Assembly: GCA_050298055.1 (NCBI GenBank)
Contig: JBNKTL010000006.1
Location: 2,851 to 66,850, forward strand
Source of the DNA: Spirochaetota bacterium
GTDB taxonomy: Bacteria; Spirochaetota; UBA4802; UBA5550
Length of the DNA stretch: 64,000 nucleotides
Direction: 5' to 3'
This document shows, one piece after another, positions 29,088 to 39,843 of this stretch (within the stretch, counting starts at the first letter, position 1; each line of letters opens with the position of its first letter). The notes under the pieces are model-generated. The model did no database searches. It worked only from the letters and a program-made list of their open reading frames with translations, and was not told the origin of the DNA. Both the position numbers and the translations under genes were made by a program.

Positions 29088-30950
29088 TTATCCCTCTCTT
29101 ATCCCCAGTCTCTTCAATGTCCTCTCCGTGGGGACCCCCTGTCTGTCAAAGCCCCTCGTTTTATAGTACTTATCAAGCATCTTCTCTAAATTAAGAGTCC
29201 TGTGAAGGGGATCATCCTCTCTCCCCTCGTTAAGAAACCTTCCGGGGAGCGTATCGTCTTCCCTGCTGATACCCTCCCGGGTGTTCATATACCTTTCCAG
29301 GACATGGATCCTCTCCCCCGCTTTCAGGAACTTTGAGCTGTTCAGGGGTATCCCGGTGACCCCCGACCAGAGGTCCGGGTATATGCTGATATCCATCATG
29401 CCCAGGGCGGCGGGAGTCAGGTTGTCCATGAAGAACCTGAGTACCGGAAAAGGAGAGAATTTAACGATGAACGGTTCAAGGAAGACCGCGTAGGAGGTAA
29501 ACTGGCAGATATGAAGGGAATTGACCCCGGCGAAACAGTTTTCAAAGTACTTGACCATGTAAGGTTTTCCCTTTTCCGAAAAGGGGTCCGCCATGTTCAG
29601 GAAGCCTTCCACAACGCAGAGAGAGGTTGAAAGGTGGCACCCTCCCCTGTTTGCCGTGGCATAGGAGAGTCCGTGACCCGTAACACCCCGGGGATCATAG
29701 GCGGCGATCTCCAGACCCTTCACATGGATGGCAAAATCCTTTCCCCCGTGTTTCTCCGAAAGGGCCCTGCTTCCCGCGGCAAGGTCTCTCCCCTTCCCTT
29801 TTTTCAGGGCAATGTCCCGGAGCATTTTACCGATACCCCTGGGTGAGCCGAATTTCAGTCCTGTCTTAAAGATCTTCTTCTCCTCCGCCTCCATGGCCCA
29901 CGCGAGGGTCCCCCCCGCGGAAATTGTATCAATGCCCATTTTACCGCAGATATCGTTCCATTCCGCAATGAGAAGAGGATCAAAGATTTCCAGGTTTGTC
30001 CCCAGGAGACCTGTGGTTTCATATTCCGGGACCTGTCTCATCTTCCCCCCTGCTTCGAATTTATGTCCGCAGAGGATTGAACAGGGCTTACAGGTGGAAA
30101 ACTTCGTGGTGTAATTCTCCACGATTTCCTCCCCCGAAACAAGAGGGGCATCCTCGTGTGAACCGGAAGTGAAATTCCTCACCGGAAGTATTCCCGCGGC
30201 ATTGCAGAAGTTGACATTTGCGCCGGTACCGAAATTCCTGTACGACACCGATGTCATACTGTTGCTGTTGATATATTTCTTCAGCCTGCTGCCGGCCCTG
30301 GTGAACTTTTTCCTGTCAGCGGGAATTATTTTGACCTCTTTGCCCGCAGCCACCAGGCCTTTCAGCTTCTTTGCCCCCAGGACGGCCCCCATTCCTCCCC
30401 TGCCGAAAAACCTGTGACCGGAACAGATATTCGCATAGGAGACAAGGTTCTCCCCTGCAGGCCCGATGACAAGCGACCCGCTCCCTTCCTTTTCAATGAG
30501 TTTCTGTGAAGCGGCAGTGTCCTTGCCCCAGAGCTTCGCCGCGCTCTTAAAGGTAACACCCCGGGAATCGATGAGAAGGTAAAGAGGGCTTTTTGCCTTT
30601 CCCCGAATGATCAGACCGTCCCATCCGGAAGTCCGGAGGGCCATACCGAAGGGACCGCCGCAGGAGGAATGGGCAATGATCCCCGTAAGAGGAGATTTGG
30701 TAACGGCAGAAAACCTCCCGGAGCAGGGCGCGCCCGTACCCGTAAGAACACCGGTCATGATAACAAAGATATTCTCCTCACCCAGGGGGTCAGACCCCGG
30801 CTTAAGCCTGTCAAAGAGAAGCTTAAGGGCCAGTCCTTTGCCTCCCAGGTAGTTCTCCCTGAGAGACCTGCTTATTTCCACTACTTCAAACTTCTTCTTC
30901 CCCAGGTCTACACTCAGGACCCTGTTCTCTGTTCCCGCTATCTCTTTCAT
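29088..30950 (-). CDS. Aldehyde:ferredoxin oxidoreductase family (W-pterin)
   Basis: YLGGKGL, KSPLTG, GRGGMGAV.G.K.LK, C..C...C, PEYET, GIDTISAG, YDPRG, RGGCH. Confidence 0.95.
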   Translation of the reverse strand: MKEIAGTENRVLSVDLGKKKFEVVEISRSLRENYLGGKGLALKLLFDRLKPGSDPLGEENIFVIMTGVLTGTGAPCSGRFSAVTKSPLTGIIAHSSCGGPFGMALRTSGWDGLIIRGKAKSPLYLLIDSRGVTFKSAAKLWGKDTAASQKLIEKEGSGSLVIGPAGENLVSYANICSGHRFFGRGGMGAVLGAKKLKGLVAAGKEVKIIPADRKKFTRAGSRLKKYINSNSMTSVSYRNFGTGANVNFCNAAGILPVRNFTSGSHEDAPLVSGEEIVENYTTKFSTCKPCSILCGHKFEAGGKMRQVPEYETTGLLGTNLEIFDPLLIAEWNDICGKMGIDTISAGGTLAWAMEAEEKKIFKTGLKFGSPRGIGKMLRDIALKKGKGRDLAAGSRALSEKHGGKDFAIHVKGLEIAAYDPRGVTGHGLSYATANRGGCHLSTSLCVVEGFLNMADPFSEKGKPYMVKYFENCFAGVNSLHICQFTSYAVFLEPFIVKFSPFPVLRFFMDNLTPAALGMMDISIYPDLWSGVTGIPLNSSKFLKAGERIHVLERYMNTREGISREDDTLPGRFLNEGREDDPLHRTLNLEKMLDKYYKTRGFDRQGVPTERTLKRLGIREG

Positions 30951-31128
30951 TACATCTCCTTTTTTAACGATTTATCTCTATGTTTAATATATATACATTC
31001 ACTAAAATATCAACAGCCCGTTATGTTTTTTATTGAATTAAGATGTATGTTTTCATCTCTATGGCTAACAAATGTAGTTTCCCCCACCTTCGGGGAGATA
31101 ACACATAATGTTGAATATTCACCGGTAA

Positions 31129-32181
31129 CTAATTAATTCCTCTGTGAAGTACAACCTGGGTGGGATAGGGAAGATCAACTCCCTCTTTCTCCATCCTGCT
31201 CTTGATCTCAAGATTTATCTCCTGCTGTATATCCAGGTACCTGTCAAATTCCCGTGTATCGATCCTGTAAGCGATCTCAAAATCGAGACTGAATTCGGAA
31301 AACTTTCGAAAATGGGCCCTCAAAAATTCCGTATCATTGCGGCTCTTGATTATCTCTTCAATGATGGAGGGTATTTTCCTGAGCATTTCGTCACCGGTGC
31401 CGCATCCCACACCCAGAGTAAACATAACCGTTCTTCTGTTCATTCTCCTGTAGTTCCTGATCTTTGAATCGGTAAGATCGGAATTGGAAATGATAAGCTG
31501 TTCTCCTCCCTGTGTCCGCAGCCTCGTTGTCTTTATGCCGATATGCTCCACGTTTCCTGAAAACGCGTCAAACTCAATAAAGTCCCCGTTCTCAAAGGGC
31601 TTGTCAAAAAGTATGACGAAATAGTTGAACAGGTCTTTCAGAATGGTCTGTGACGCCATTGCCACGGCAACACCGCCGATACCCAGACCGGTAATGATCG
31701 CAGATACCCTGAACCCCAGGTTATCAAGGATAAATATCAGTCCGAATATCCATACAATGCCCTTGATGATGGATACGATCCCCCTGGGGATGATGACATT
31801 TCCTTTTTTCTCACTGTAGGTTTTGAAGGAATAATCGATCAAGCCGGCAACCATCATTACAACAAAAACCGAAAAAACAATCACCCATGCAAGTTCGGCA
31901 AACCTGGTAATTTCACCGTTCAGCTTTAAGGTCCCCAGGGAGAGATAAAAGATCCCGAAAAATGCCAGGGGGACCGCCTTCCTGTTAATAGATGTGAGGA
32001 TAAAATTATCTACCGATGTTGAAGTGGTCTCTGACCATGAGATAAGCCTCTTTAAGACAATGTGCCTGAAGATCAGCAAACTGAGAATACCCGCCAGCAG
32101 CACTCCCGTAAAAAGAAAGTACTTGCCCAGGGTGTTCCCGAAATATTCAAGTTTAAGAATATCTTCTATTCCCGGGAGCAC
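31129..32181 (-). CDS. Small-conductance mechanosensitive channel (MscS family)
   Basis: GLGIGGVAVAMASQ, DKPF..GDFI, VEHIGIKTTRLR, I.NY. Confidence 0.95.
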   Translation of the reverse strand: MLPGIEDILKLEYFGNTLGKYFLFTGVLLAGILSLLIFRHIVLKRLISWSETTSTSVDNFILTSINRKAVPLAFFGIFYLSLGTLKLNGEITRFAELAWVIVFSVFVVMMVAGLIDYSFKTYSEKKGNVIIPRGIVSIIKGIVWIFGLIFILDNLGFRVSAIITGLGIGGVAVAMASQTILKDLFNYFVILFDKPFENGDFIEFDAFSGNVEHIGIKTTRLRTQGGEQLIISNSDLTDSKIRNYRRMNRRTVMFTLGVGCGTGDEMLRKIPSIIEEIIKSRNDTEFLRAHFRKFSEFSLDFEIAYRIDTREFDRYLDIQQEINLEIKSRMEKEGVDLPYPTQVVLHRGIN

Positions 32182-32212
32182 TTTTCATCCTCCACTGTAA
32201 ATTGTTCACCGG

Positions 32213-33397
32213 CTACCACAGGTTGATAATCCCCCTGTTATAAAGATCTTCAATTTCCGGAACGGAATACCCTGCCCCTTCAAGAAGAGAACGGTTATCA
32301 TGCCCCGGAGAATTACCCACTTCACCTGCGTAATATTTTCCCGACGCGTACTTAAGGGGATTTCCCACCTGCCGTATCTCGTTCCCCGAAGAGTTTTTTA
32401 TCCTCACAACCATCTCCCTTTCAGAGAGAGGGGGAGATCCCATTGCTTCTTCAAGATCCAGTACCGGTTCAACGCACGCATCGGATTTTCTGAAAATCGC
32501 TGTCCACTCATCAAGTCTCTTTTCCGCTATTTTCAGGGCGACCTCATTCTTCATCTCCCGGATACTCTTAACATTCCCCAGCTTCGAATATTCAAACTCC
32601 TCAATACCGATTATACTGCAGAATTCCTTAAAAAATTTCTCTTCGATTGGACCCACGGAAAGATACCTGCCGTCGGAAGTTACGTAGTAGTCATAGATAT
32701 GACCGCCGTTGAGCAGTGTGGACCCGGCGCCGGGGGCCCTCTCCCCGGCCAGGATACCCGCGGCAGTAGATGCAGCAAGGGAAAAGACAGAATCTGTCAT
32801 GGATACATCAATCTTTTCACCGGTTCCTGTGGTTAGCCTTTTAATATAGGCAATGAGAACGGCAATGACCATGTTCATCCCCCCTCCCGCGAGATCGGCG
32901 ACCTGGATACCGCTGAGAGCGGGACCCGACTCCTTCTTCCCCGAGAATGAACTGATCCCGGAAAGGGCAAGGTAGTTGATATCATGACCTGCCCTGCCGC
33001 TGCAAGTTCCCGTCTGACCGTACCCGGTAATTGAACAGTAGATCAGGCTGCCGTTGATCTCTCTTAAGCTCTCATAGCCTATCCCCAGCCTCTCCATGAC
33101 ACCCGGCCTGAACTGTTCAATAACAATATCGTAATCCCTGACCAGCCTGTAGACCACTTCCCGGGCCTCCTCCTTTTTAAGGTCCAGCCCCATGAACTTC
33201 TTCCCCCGGTTTAACTGGGCAAAACCCGCCGACAGGGCATCCACAAAGGGAGGAAGCGCCCTGAGCAGGTCGGGGTTCCTGAAATTCTCGATCTTGATTA
33301 TCTCCGCCCCGTGGTCCGCCAACACCATTGTCCCATAGGGCCCGGGAAGGAGGGTGGTAAAGTCGAGGATCTTCATCTTTGAGAGGGGAAATTCCAT
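32213..33397 (-). CDS. CaiB/BaiF family III CoA-transferase / acyl-CoA racemase
   Basis: LPGPY.TMVLAD.GAEIIKIE, NRGK, EQFRPGVMERLG, GHDINYLALSG. Confidence 0.95.
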   Translation of the reverse strand: MEFPLSKMKILDFTTLLPGPYGTMVLADHGAEIIKIENFRNPDLLRALPPFVDALSAGFAQLNRGKKFMGLDLKKEEAREVVYRLVRDYDIVIEQFRPGVMERLGIGYESLREINGSLIYCSITGYGQTGTCSGRAGHDINYLALSGISSFSGKKESGPALSGIQVADLAGGGMNMVIAVLIAYIKRLTTGTGEKIDVSMTDSVFSLAASTAAGILAGERAPGAGSTLLNGGHIYDYYVTSDGRYLSVGPIEEKFFKEFCSIIGIEEFEYSKLGNVKSIREMKNEVALKIAEKRLDEWTAIFRKSDACVEPVLDLEEAMGSPPLSEREMVVRIKNSSGNEIRQVGNPLKYASGKYYAGEVGNSPGHDNRSLLEGAGYSVPEIEDLYNRGIINLW

Positions 33398-33494
33398 TTC
33401 TTTTTCCTGATTATTCAGAATAATATTTCAGGGCAAAGAGAACAAGCAGTTTTTGTGAAAAGCGGGAACGGGGAGGAAGAGTTGAACGCGAAGA

Positions 33495-33574
33495 AAGACC
33501 CCCTGACCCCCTGAGGGGGCATAAGAAGTTTTTGGTTACTATCTTGCGCCCCCCAGGGGGATGGGGGGCTTAAA
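33495..33574. repeat. G/C-tract REP-like dyad, copy A
   Basis: CCCCCTGACCCCCTGAGGGGGCATAAGA...TCTTGCGCCCCCCAGGGGGATGGGGGGCTTAAA; related copies at 44718 and 61683. Confidence 0.75.
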
Positions 33575-33602
33575 TAAGAAAGATGTGGTAAAGAGAAAAA
33601 AA

Positions 33603-33824
33603 CTACCTTAAAAGAAAAAACAGAACAACCAGTGCCACCGCAATGCCAACCAGGATAATCGGCAGCATGGTGTTCTTTTTCTGGACGTCCTTTTTCCATT
33701 CCCGTGGTGATCCCAGTACATCCGTGGGAGCATCGGGATTGGCGATGGGTTTGCCGCATTTCGGGCACTCCGTTGATGTTTCATAAACCATTTCGCCGCA
33801 GTGAATACATTTTACTTCAGCCAT
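33603..33824 (-). CDS. Zinc-ribbon protein with C-terminal TM anchor
   Basis: CIHCG...CPKCG, C-terminal hydrophobic helix, GGAGGG RBS. Confidence 0.75.
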   Translation of the reverse strand: MAEVKCIHCGEMVYETSTECPKCGKPIANPDAPTDVLGSPREWKKDVQKKNTMLPIILVGIAVALVVLFFLLR

Positions 33825-34014
33825 GGATCCCTCCTTTTCTATCAATCAGTCTTGATACATCTGCTCTGTTAAAACAAAATTCAATTAAGAGAAGTGAGAA
33901 ATAAACACCGGGATTGTGTCCCTGTATGCTAAAAAAAGGGTAAAAAAAAATCAAGTTCTATTTTAAAACTCTCTCTTTGGGGGAAGGGCTCTTTTACATA
34001 AGGGCAAAGATAAA

Positions 34015-34875
34015 TTACAGCCTCTCTATCCGCCCTTTCGCGAGCTTTACCCTCACAGTGTCAATCATGGGATTCTTTGCCGCGGACCGGGTATTGTAGA
34101 CAAGGAAGGGCTTCATAAGCAACCAGTCTACGGTTGAGGATACGGCTTCCCGGGGGCACTTAAGCTGGCATGTGAGACAGAAGATGCAGTTTCCTCCAAA
34201 AACCATCTTCCCGTCATCCCTCCGGCTGATGTTGCCGGTTGGGCACTCCCTGATGCAGCTGCCGCAGTTGTTGCACTTTTTCCCGTCAGCCTTCAGGAAC
34301 CGGCTGTGGATGTTCCTTATCATCCATGGGGAGAAGAAAAGTTTTTCCATCATGTAGACCGGTCCCGGTCTGCTTTGAGTGCCTGAGACCAGGCTGTTTT
34401 TATTCTCAAGTGCATCAACCAGATCATTACCGAATTTTACCGCCCTGTTTTTTTCGGTAAGATCAGGATGGTCCGGTGAGAAGAGGTATCCCTCCCTGAG
34501 ATAGCCGATGAAGAGATCGTCACCGGTATAATGCGCGCAGCCTTTAATATCCGCACCTTTTTTAACAAGGATCTTCTCCAGATAACGGCAGGCATTGAAA
34601 TGATGTGTCCCATACAGAAGAAACAGGGCCACGGGTAATCCATTAAGATTGGGAAAACCGCTTATAATATCAAGAATGTTATATGCGGGCCTGTAGTAAT
34701 AGACAGGAGTACCGATAACCAGGAGGTCATAAGAGAGAAGATCACGGGGCTCATTCTCCTTTATGTTTACATACTCAACACTGAAATTTTTTGACCTGAG
34801 ACCTTCGGCAACACTCTCTGCTATGGCGGCAGTGGTCCCGTGCTGGGAGTAGTATATGATTAATGCTTTCTTCAT
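34015..34875 (-). CDS. Flavodoxin-ferredoxin fusion (EFR1-like)
   Basis: YYSQHGTT flavodoxin loop, GTPVY; two CxxCxxCxxxCP motifs. Start at MKKALII. Confidence 0.88.
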   Translation of the reverse strand: MKKALIIYYSQHGTTAAIAESVAEGLRSKNFSVEYVNIKENEPRDLLSYDLLVIGTPVYYYRPAYNILDIISGFPNLNGLPVALFLLYGTHHFNACRYLEKILVKKGADIKGCAHYTGDDLFIGYLREGYLFSPDHPDLTEKNRAVKFGNDLVDALENKNSLVSGTQSRPGPVYMMEKLFFSPWMIRNIHSRFLKADGKKCNNCGSCIRECPTGNISRRDDGKMVFGGNCIFCLTCQLKCPREAVSSTVDWLLMKPFLVYNTRSAAKNPMIDTVRVKLAKGRIERL

Positions 34876-34885
34876 GTAAGTCTCC

Positions 34886-37642
34886 CTAATGATAATCAAG
34901 GACAATAAGAGTAATATCATCATAGAGGCTCTCATGGGGGGCCTTGTTGGCCCAGTTCCTGATCTCAAGAAGCATCTCATCGGCAAATTCATCGACGGGC
35001 CTGTTCCTCAGTTTCAGGGCAAGGTCCGTGAAATTGTTGAAACCGAACATTTCCCCATCGGGACTTCTCTCCTCAATCAGTCCGTCCGTGTAGAAGATGA
35101 TCCTGTCACCCTTCTCAAGCTCCTCTGAGATCTCCTTATACTCAATGTCCTTAAGCCAGCCGAATGGCGTCCCCATGCCTCTCTCGGCTATGACCTCATC
35201 TCTCCCCTCCCTGATAATCAGGATTGGCCAGTGGCCCGCGTTTACGTGACAGATCCTTTTGTTCTTCCTGTCGATCCAGGCATAAACTCCGGTGATGTAG
35301 TTGTCATGCATCTGGCCGAAAAGCGACTGGTTAAGTGAGCAGAAAAGCTCCCCGGGGGAAGTCAGCTTGTCCCTGTTGTAATCGAATGACATCTTGAGCA
35401 TTGTACAGATGATGGCTGATGATATTCCGTGTCCCGATACATCCGCCACAAAAAAACCGGCATTCCTTTTGTCAATATCGATCACATCGTAAAAATCACC
35501 CCCCAGTTCAATCATCGACTTAAACCTCACTGCAAGCTCGAAACCTTCAATATCCGGGATTTTTTTGAGAATGACGGCACTGTGAATTTCATGGGCCATC
35601 TCAAGGTCATGCTTGATAATGCTCAGCTCATTATGATGGATGACTGACTGTTTAAGAGTGACCAGGTTCCTGACCCTTGTTATCAGTTCCTCCCTGTTCA
35701 CCGGTTTTGTCAGGTAGTCATTAGCTCCGAATTCAAGACCGTCCACCAGGTCTTTGAGCCGGGTCCTGGCTGTGAGCATGATGACCGGCAGCTGGTAGGT
35801 GGTGTATTTCTCCCTGATAATACCGCAGACTTCAAATCCCGACATCAGCGGGAGCATGACATCAAGGATAAGACAATCGGGGATCTCCGTCCCCAGGTAG
35901 TCAAGGACCTCCTGCCCGTTTGCAAATGTTCTTACGATATATCCTTCTGACGAGAGTACATTGATGAGAACCTGGAGGTTAACCGGATCATCATCCACTA
36001 CGGCAACTGTTCCCGTGCTCTCCCTGCTGAGTTCTTTCATTTTCGGTGTGTACCTGTTGACAACCTCCCTGTGTATTTCAGCCGGTTTTATTGTTTCTAT
36101 GTCGTGCTCTTCACTGACGGCTTCCCCGTTGACGGGCTTTTCCGCAGCGGGAAGGTAAATTGAGAATTTTGTTCCCACATCCAGCCTGGATTCTACTTCT
36201 ATACTCCCTTCATGAAGTTCAACCAGCTGTTTGGTAACGGCAAGACCCAGTCCTGTTCCCCCGAACCTTCTTGAAACCGATTCATCAGCCTGTTCAAATG
36301 ACTGGAAAACCCTGTTTAAACTCTCCTCCGGTATCCCGATCCCGGTATCGGAAACATGGATAATATTCATATCTCCCGATTGACCCTTCTCTGCCTCAAC
36401 GGTAATACTTCCCTCAATGGTAAATTTCATGGAATTCCCTATGAGGTTTAGCATTATCTGCTGGAGCCTGTTCACATCGGCAAAAACGTAGACCTCTTCC
36501 GGTTTAATCATGTTGTTCAGGACAAGCGCTTTCCCTTCCGCCAGGGGCGCCATTATTGTAAACACCATGGCGATAATAGAGTATATATCAACAGCTTTCC
36601 TGTTGAGGACGATGTCCCTGTTCTTCAGCATGGAGAAGTCAAGGATATCATCCACAAGGGAGGAGAGGCGCCTCCCGCTCTTTACGATAAGATCAAGCTC
36701 ACGGCGAACTTCAGAATCAGACTTATTGGCCGGGTCGCCTGCTATTGATTCAGCCAGTCCTATCATACCATTGAGGGGGGTCCTCAGCTCATGGGATATG
36801 TTCGCCAGGAAGTCGTCCTTCAGTTTGTCCAGCCGGGAGAGTTCCCTGTTGGCATCGACAAGTTCGTTCATCTCCAGGTTGATGGTCCTCACAAGGTGAT
36901 CAAAGGTTATGGCCAGTTTCCCGATCTCATCATTCCTTTTCATGTCCAGGGTGAAGTCCCTTTTCCCTGTTTCTATCCCGCTTACGGCCCTGGTCAGCCT
37001 GTCCAGGGGGCCGGATATTACACGGCTGAAAACAAGACCGAGAAGCCCTACAAGGAAAGCCGCCGTAAGTGTCGCCAGGTAAACAATTTTCCTCATTCGG
37101 TAAACAGGCTTGAGGACCTCATCCCGGGAATAGACGATCCTCCCGAGACAGAGAGGGGGGAGGTTCTCCGGCGCCGCAAGTTCCACGAACTGGTAGAAGA
37201 GATTGTCCGCATCTTTTGTGTATATGATCTCTTTATTTCCCACACGACGAAGCAGGAGAAGCATATTTTCATCAATTCTCTCCGTCCCGGCTTTCCAGGG
37301 TATGTCCTCTTGAAAAGCGGCGGAATTGATCACAATACCGTTATATTTCTTCTTGGATGAAAGGAGAATAATCTCAGTAAACACAACCCCGTCTGACTTC
37401 AGGGGTTTAAGCAAATCAAGTGTTGTCCGGGTATCGATCCGTGAAGCGTCAATATCACCCCCGTTCACCAGGAGGGTATTCATCACTGTGTAGGCGAGGA
37501 GCCGGGTCTGTATCCTGCCCCGCTGCATAACAGACGAGATCTTCTCTTCCTCCTGCTTGAGGAGGATGAAGTAAGAGAGGGGGAATGACGCGAAGATTAT
37601 TACAGTGAGAAGGAGGAGTATCAGCTTATACTTCAGCTTCAT
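34886..37642 (-). CDS. Membrane hybrid sensor: HAMP-HisKA-HATPase-REC-SpoIIE (PP2C)
   Basis: SHELRTPLN, NLIGNSMKFT, DTGIGI, GGTGLGL; REC VDDD...LDVMLP; SpoIIE LGGDFYD, ADVSGHG, FYTDGL, DDIT. Confidence 0.95.
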   Translation of the reverse strand: MKLKYKLILLLLTVIIFASFPLSYFILLKQEEEKISSVMQRGRIQTRLLAYTVMNTLLVNGGDIDASRIDTRTTLDLLKPLKSDGVVFTEIILLSSKKKYNGIVINSAAFQEDIPWKAGTERIDENMLLLLRRVGNKEIIYTKDADNLFYQFVELAAPENLPPLCLGRIVYSRDEVLKPVYRMRKIVYLATLTAAFLVGLLGLVFSRVISGPLDRLTRAVSGIETGKRDFTLDMKRNDEIGKLAITFDHLVRTINLEMNELVDANRELSRLDKLKDDFLANISHELRTPLNGMIGLAESIAGDPANKSDSEVRRELDLIVKSGRRLSSLVDDILDFSMLKNRDIVLNRKAVDIYSIIAMVFTIMAPLAEGKALVLNNMIKPEEVYVFADVNRLQQIMLNLIGNSMKFTIEGSITVEAEKGQSGDMNIIHVSDTGIGIPEESLNRVFQSFEQADESVSRRFGGTGLGLAVTKQLVELHEGSIEVESRLDVGTKFSIYLPAAEKPVNGEAVSEEHDIETIKPAEIHREVVNRYTPKMKELSRESTGTVAVVDDDPVNLQVLINVLSSEGYIVRTFANGQEVLDYLGTEIPDCLILDVMLPLMSGFEVCGIIREKYTTYQLPVIMLTARTRLKDLVDGLEFGANDYLTKPVNREELITRVRNLVTLKQSVIHHNELSIIKHDLEMAHEIHSAVILKKIPDIEGFELAVRFKSMIELGGDFYDVIDIDKRNAGFFVADVSGHGISSAIICTMLKMSFDYNRDKLTSPGELFCSLNQSLFGQMHDNYITGVYAWIDRKNKRICHVNAGHWPILIIREGRDEVIAERGMGTPFGWLKDIEYKEISEELEKGDRIIFYTDGLIEERSPDGEMFGFNNFTDLALKLRNRPVDEFADEMLLEIRNWANKAPHESLYDDITLIVLDYH

Positions 37643-37651
37643 AAGCCGGAC

Positions 37652-38761
37652 CTACCTGAATTTCTCAATAGTGTCCAGATAACGGCGGGCGCGGTTAAGA
37701 TAAAGCCTGGCCTTTTTGTTCTCCGGGTCGATCAGGAGCACCCTGCTGAGAAGCCTGATCGATTTCCTGTATTCCTTTTTGTCAAATGCCCGGATCCCCA
37801 TTGTCTCCAGCTTCAATGCTTCATCCGCGAGGTCCCTGCGAAGTTTTTCCAGCTTTTCCTTTGCAGCCGGGACCTGTTTCTCCCATTTTGACAGAAGGGG
37901 AATTGCCCGGATCGCATTCCCCTCTTCACTGAATTTATCTGCCGTTTCCAAATCTTTTTTTATTTCACCAATAATCTTTATATATTCAGCAGTATCTCTG
38001 AACCCGGTCTTGAGGTCAACAATCTTCTTAAAATATTTACCGGCCTGGTCAATATCCCCTTCGTTATACGATAACACACCGCTGTTATAGAGACCTTCAA
38101 GCTTTTCAAGCTCAGTGAGCGCCTTTCTGGTTTCCTGGAATTTTTTCTTATAAACCGTGGGATAGAAGTTGAAACTGTATCCCGCACCCAGAGTGAAATT
38201 TATATCCCTGAACGGCTCTCCGGAGAGCCGTGACTGCGAGACCAGAACACCCGCCTCCGCAATGATCTCAGGTGTAAAAGAGAACGCTAAACCGGCGGAA
38301 GCCGCAAAACCGGTCTTATAGGTCCTCTCGGTTCGATAGAGCCGGCTGGCCCTGAGAGTGAAGATACTTTCCGTTATGTAGAGACCTCCGGTTAATAAAA
38401 AGTGCCCGTATATCCCGTATCTCAAGACCGGCCCCAGGTAGAGTGAATAGCGGCCGATGTATGATCCGCTGCTCTCCCTGAAACTGTATGATGAATAAGA
38501 AAACATTCCCTGTATGAAGAGGGGGGAGTATATGTCCGTTGATGTCTTCAGGAGAAAAGCCGGTGACGAGTCCAGCTTCTGATCATAGTAACCGTTGAGC
38601 AGGGAGTACCCGCCGGTAGCTTCAACAATGATCCGGCGCAGGGGAGTTTTTTCAGTTTCAGGCAGGGAGTAAGAGAGATCCCCCGATGTTAATAGTATTG
38701 CGGATATATAGAGAAATATATATTTTTTAAACCGAATTCTATCTGTTTTTCTGTCCCTCAT
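37652..38761 (-). CDS. Outer-membrane beta-barrel-like domain plus TPR protein
   Basis: Signal-like N-terminus; amphipathic strands ending NFTLGAGYSF; C-terminal TPR helices (VLLIDPENKKA). Confidence 0.7.
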   Translation of the reverse strand: MRDRKTDRIRFKKYIFLYISAILLTSGDLSYSLPETEKTPLRRIIVEATGGYSLLNGYYDQKLDSSPAFLLKTSTDIYSPLFIQGMFSYSSYSFRESSGSYIGRYSLYLGPVLRYGIYGHFLLTGGLYITESIFTLRASRLYRTERTYKTGFAASAGLAFSFTPEIIAEAGVLVSQSRLSGEPFRDINFTLGAGYSFNFYPTVYKKKFQETRKALTELEKLEGLYNSGVLSYNEGDIDQAGKYFKKIVDLKTGFRDTAEYIKIIGEIKKDLETADKFSEEGNAIRAIPLLSKWEKQVPAAKEKLEKLRRDLADEALKLETMGIRAFDKKEYRKSIRLLSRVLLIDPENKKARLYLNRARRYLDTIEKFR

Positions 38762-38862
38762 TCTTAATTTTAAAACTATTCACCATCTCTTTCAATAAAA
38801 AATTGTATTCATTGAGAGCGCAACACATTTTTTACTTTTTGCGCCAACGACACTTTCACTCT

Positions 38863-39843
38863 CTACCAGCAGATGCAGAGAAGCTCCAGAGAGTTATTGC
38901 AATTACGGGTAGTACCGGCTATCCACTCCCCGTCAATCTCGTTCTGCTCACCGGCAAGTCCCTGGTATCCGCTGGTCCCGTCGGTCCAGTTGTTGCATGT
39001 ATTCGCGCTGTTGAAACTGCCGTCTGCGTTTGACCCTGACCACCATGACTGCGATGCGATCCCCGCGTTCAGGAGGTTCATATTAACGGTCCCGTCAAGG
39101 ATATCCGCCCATCTGTACCCGAGAATTTTACCGGTCGTACTTATTATCTCTCCCTTTGCAGGGACATTATAGTTTGCCGTGAAGTTCTTGATACAATCAC
39201 TGCCGGAAAGACTGATAAACGCCCGTATATTGCCGCATGTAAGCCCGGGATTGGCAGCAGTACATATGGCGTCCAGGTCGCTCCTGGCTGAACTTGTAAG
39301 AGGGGATACGAGATCACCTGTCCCGGTACCCGCGGAATAGATAGAGACCGGGTCTGAATCGCCCGATGAACCGTCTGTACTTGTTGTTACCGAAGCCGGA
39401 AGGTACGCTGACATAAGTCCGTCCCTGTCCCGTACCTGTACATTGAAATATACAGTCTCACCGGGACTCAGGCCGGCAATAATGACCGATTTCACATTGC
39501 TTGTCCAGTCCATCACAACTTCACCGTAATCATCGGTACCCACAAGGGTATCAATATCAGCAAGGTTGACCTTGACGATCCTGTACTGGAGAGTGTTGGA
39601 ATCGGTATTGTTATCTGTTGCAGGTACCCAGTCAAGCTTCAGACTGCTGGTTGCTACACCGGAAATATTCAGGAGACCGCTGTTCCCCGGAACAGGTTTA
39701 CTGGCCTCCGTATTTTCCCGGTCAATGACATTGTTAAAATTATCGCCCTCACAGCCGGTTACCGCAAAAAGAGCAATAATGAGTAAGAGGAGCGGGAAAA
39801 CTCCCGTTTTTGTTAAAATCTTCTTTTCTTTTAATTTTCTCAT
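38863..39843 (-). CDS. Lipoprotein with FN3 and DUF1554 (endostatin-like) domains
   Basis: Lipobox AVTGC; FN3 LKLDWVPATDN...GLSPGETVYFNVQVRD; C-terminal D.IC, RAFIS, WWSGS, TCNNWT, C...LELLCIC. Confidence 0.75.
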   Translation of the reverse strand: MRKLKEKKILTKTGVFPLLLLIIALFAVTGCEGDNFNNVIDRENTEASKPVPGNSGLLNISGVATSSLKLDWVPATDNNTDSNTLQYRIVKVNLADIDTLVGTDDYGEVVMDWTSNVKSVIIAGLSPGETVYFNVQVRDRDGLMSAYLPASVTTSTDGSSGDSDPVSIYSAGTGTGDLVSPLTSSARSDLDAICTAANPGLTCGNIRAFISLSGSDCIKNFTANYNVPAKGEIISTTGKILGYRWADILDGTVNMNLLNAGIASQSWWSGSNADGSFNSANTCNNWTDGTSGYQGLAGEQNEIDGEWIAGTTRNCNNSLELLCICW

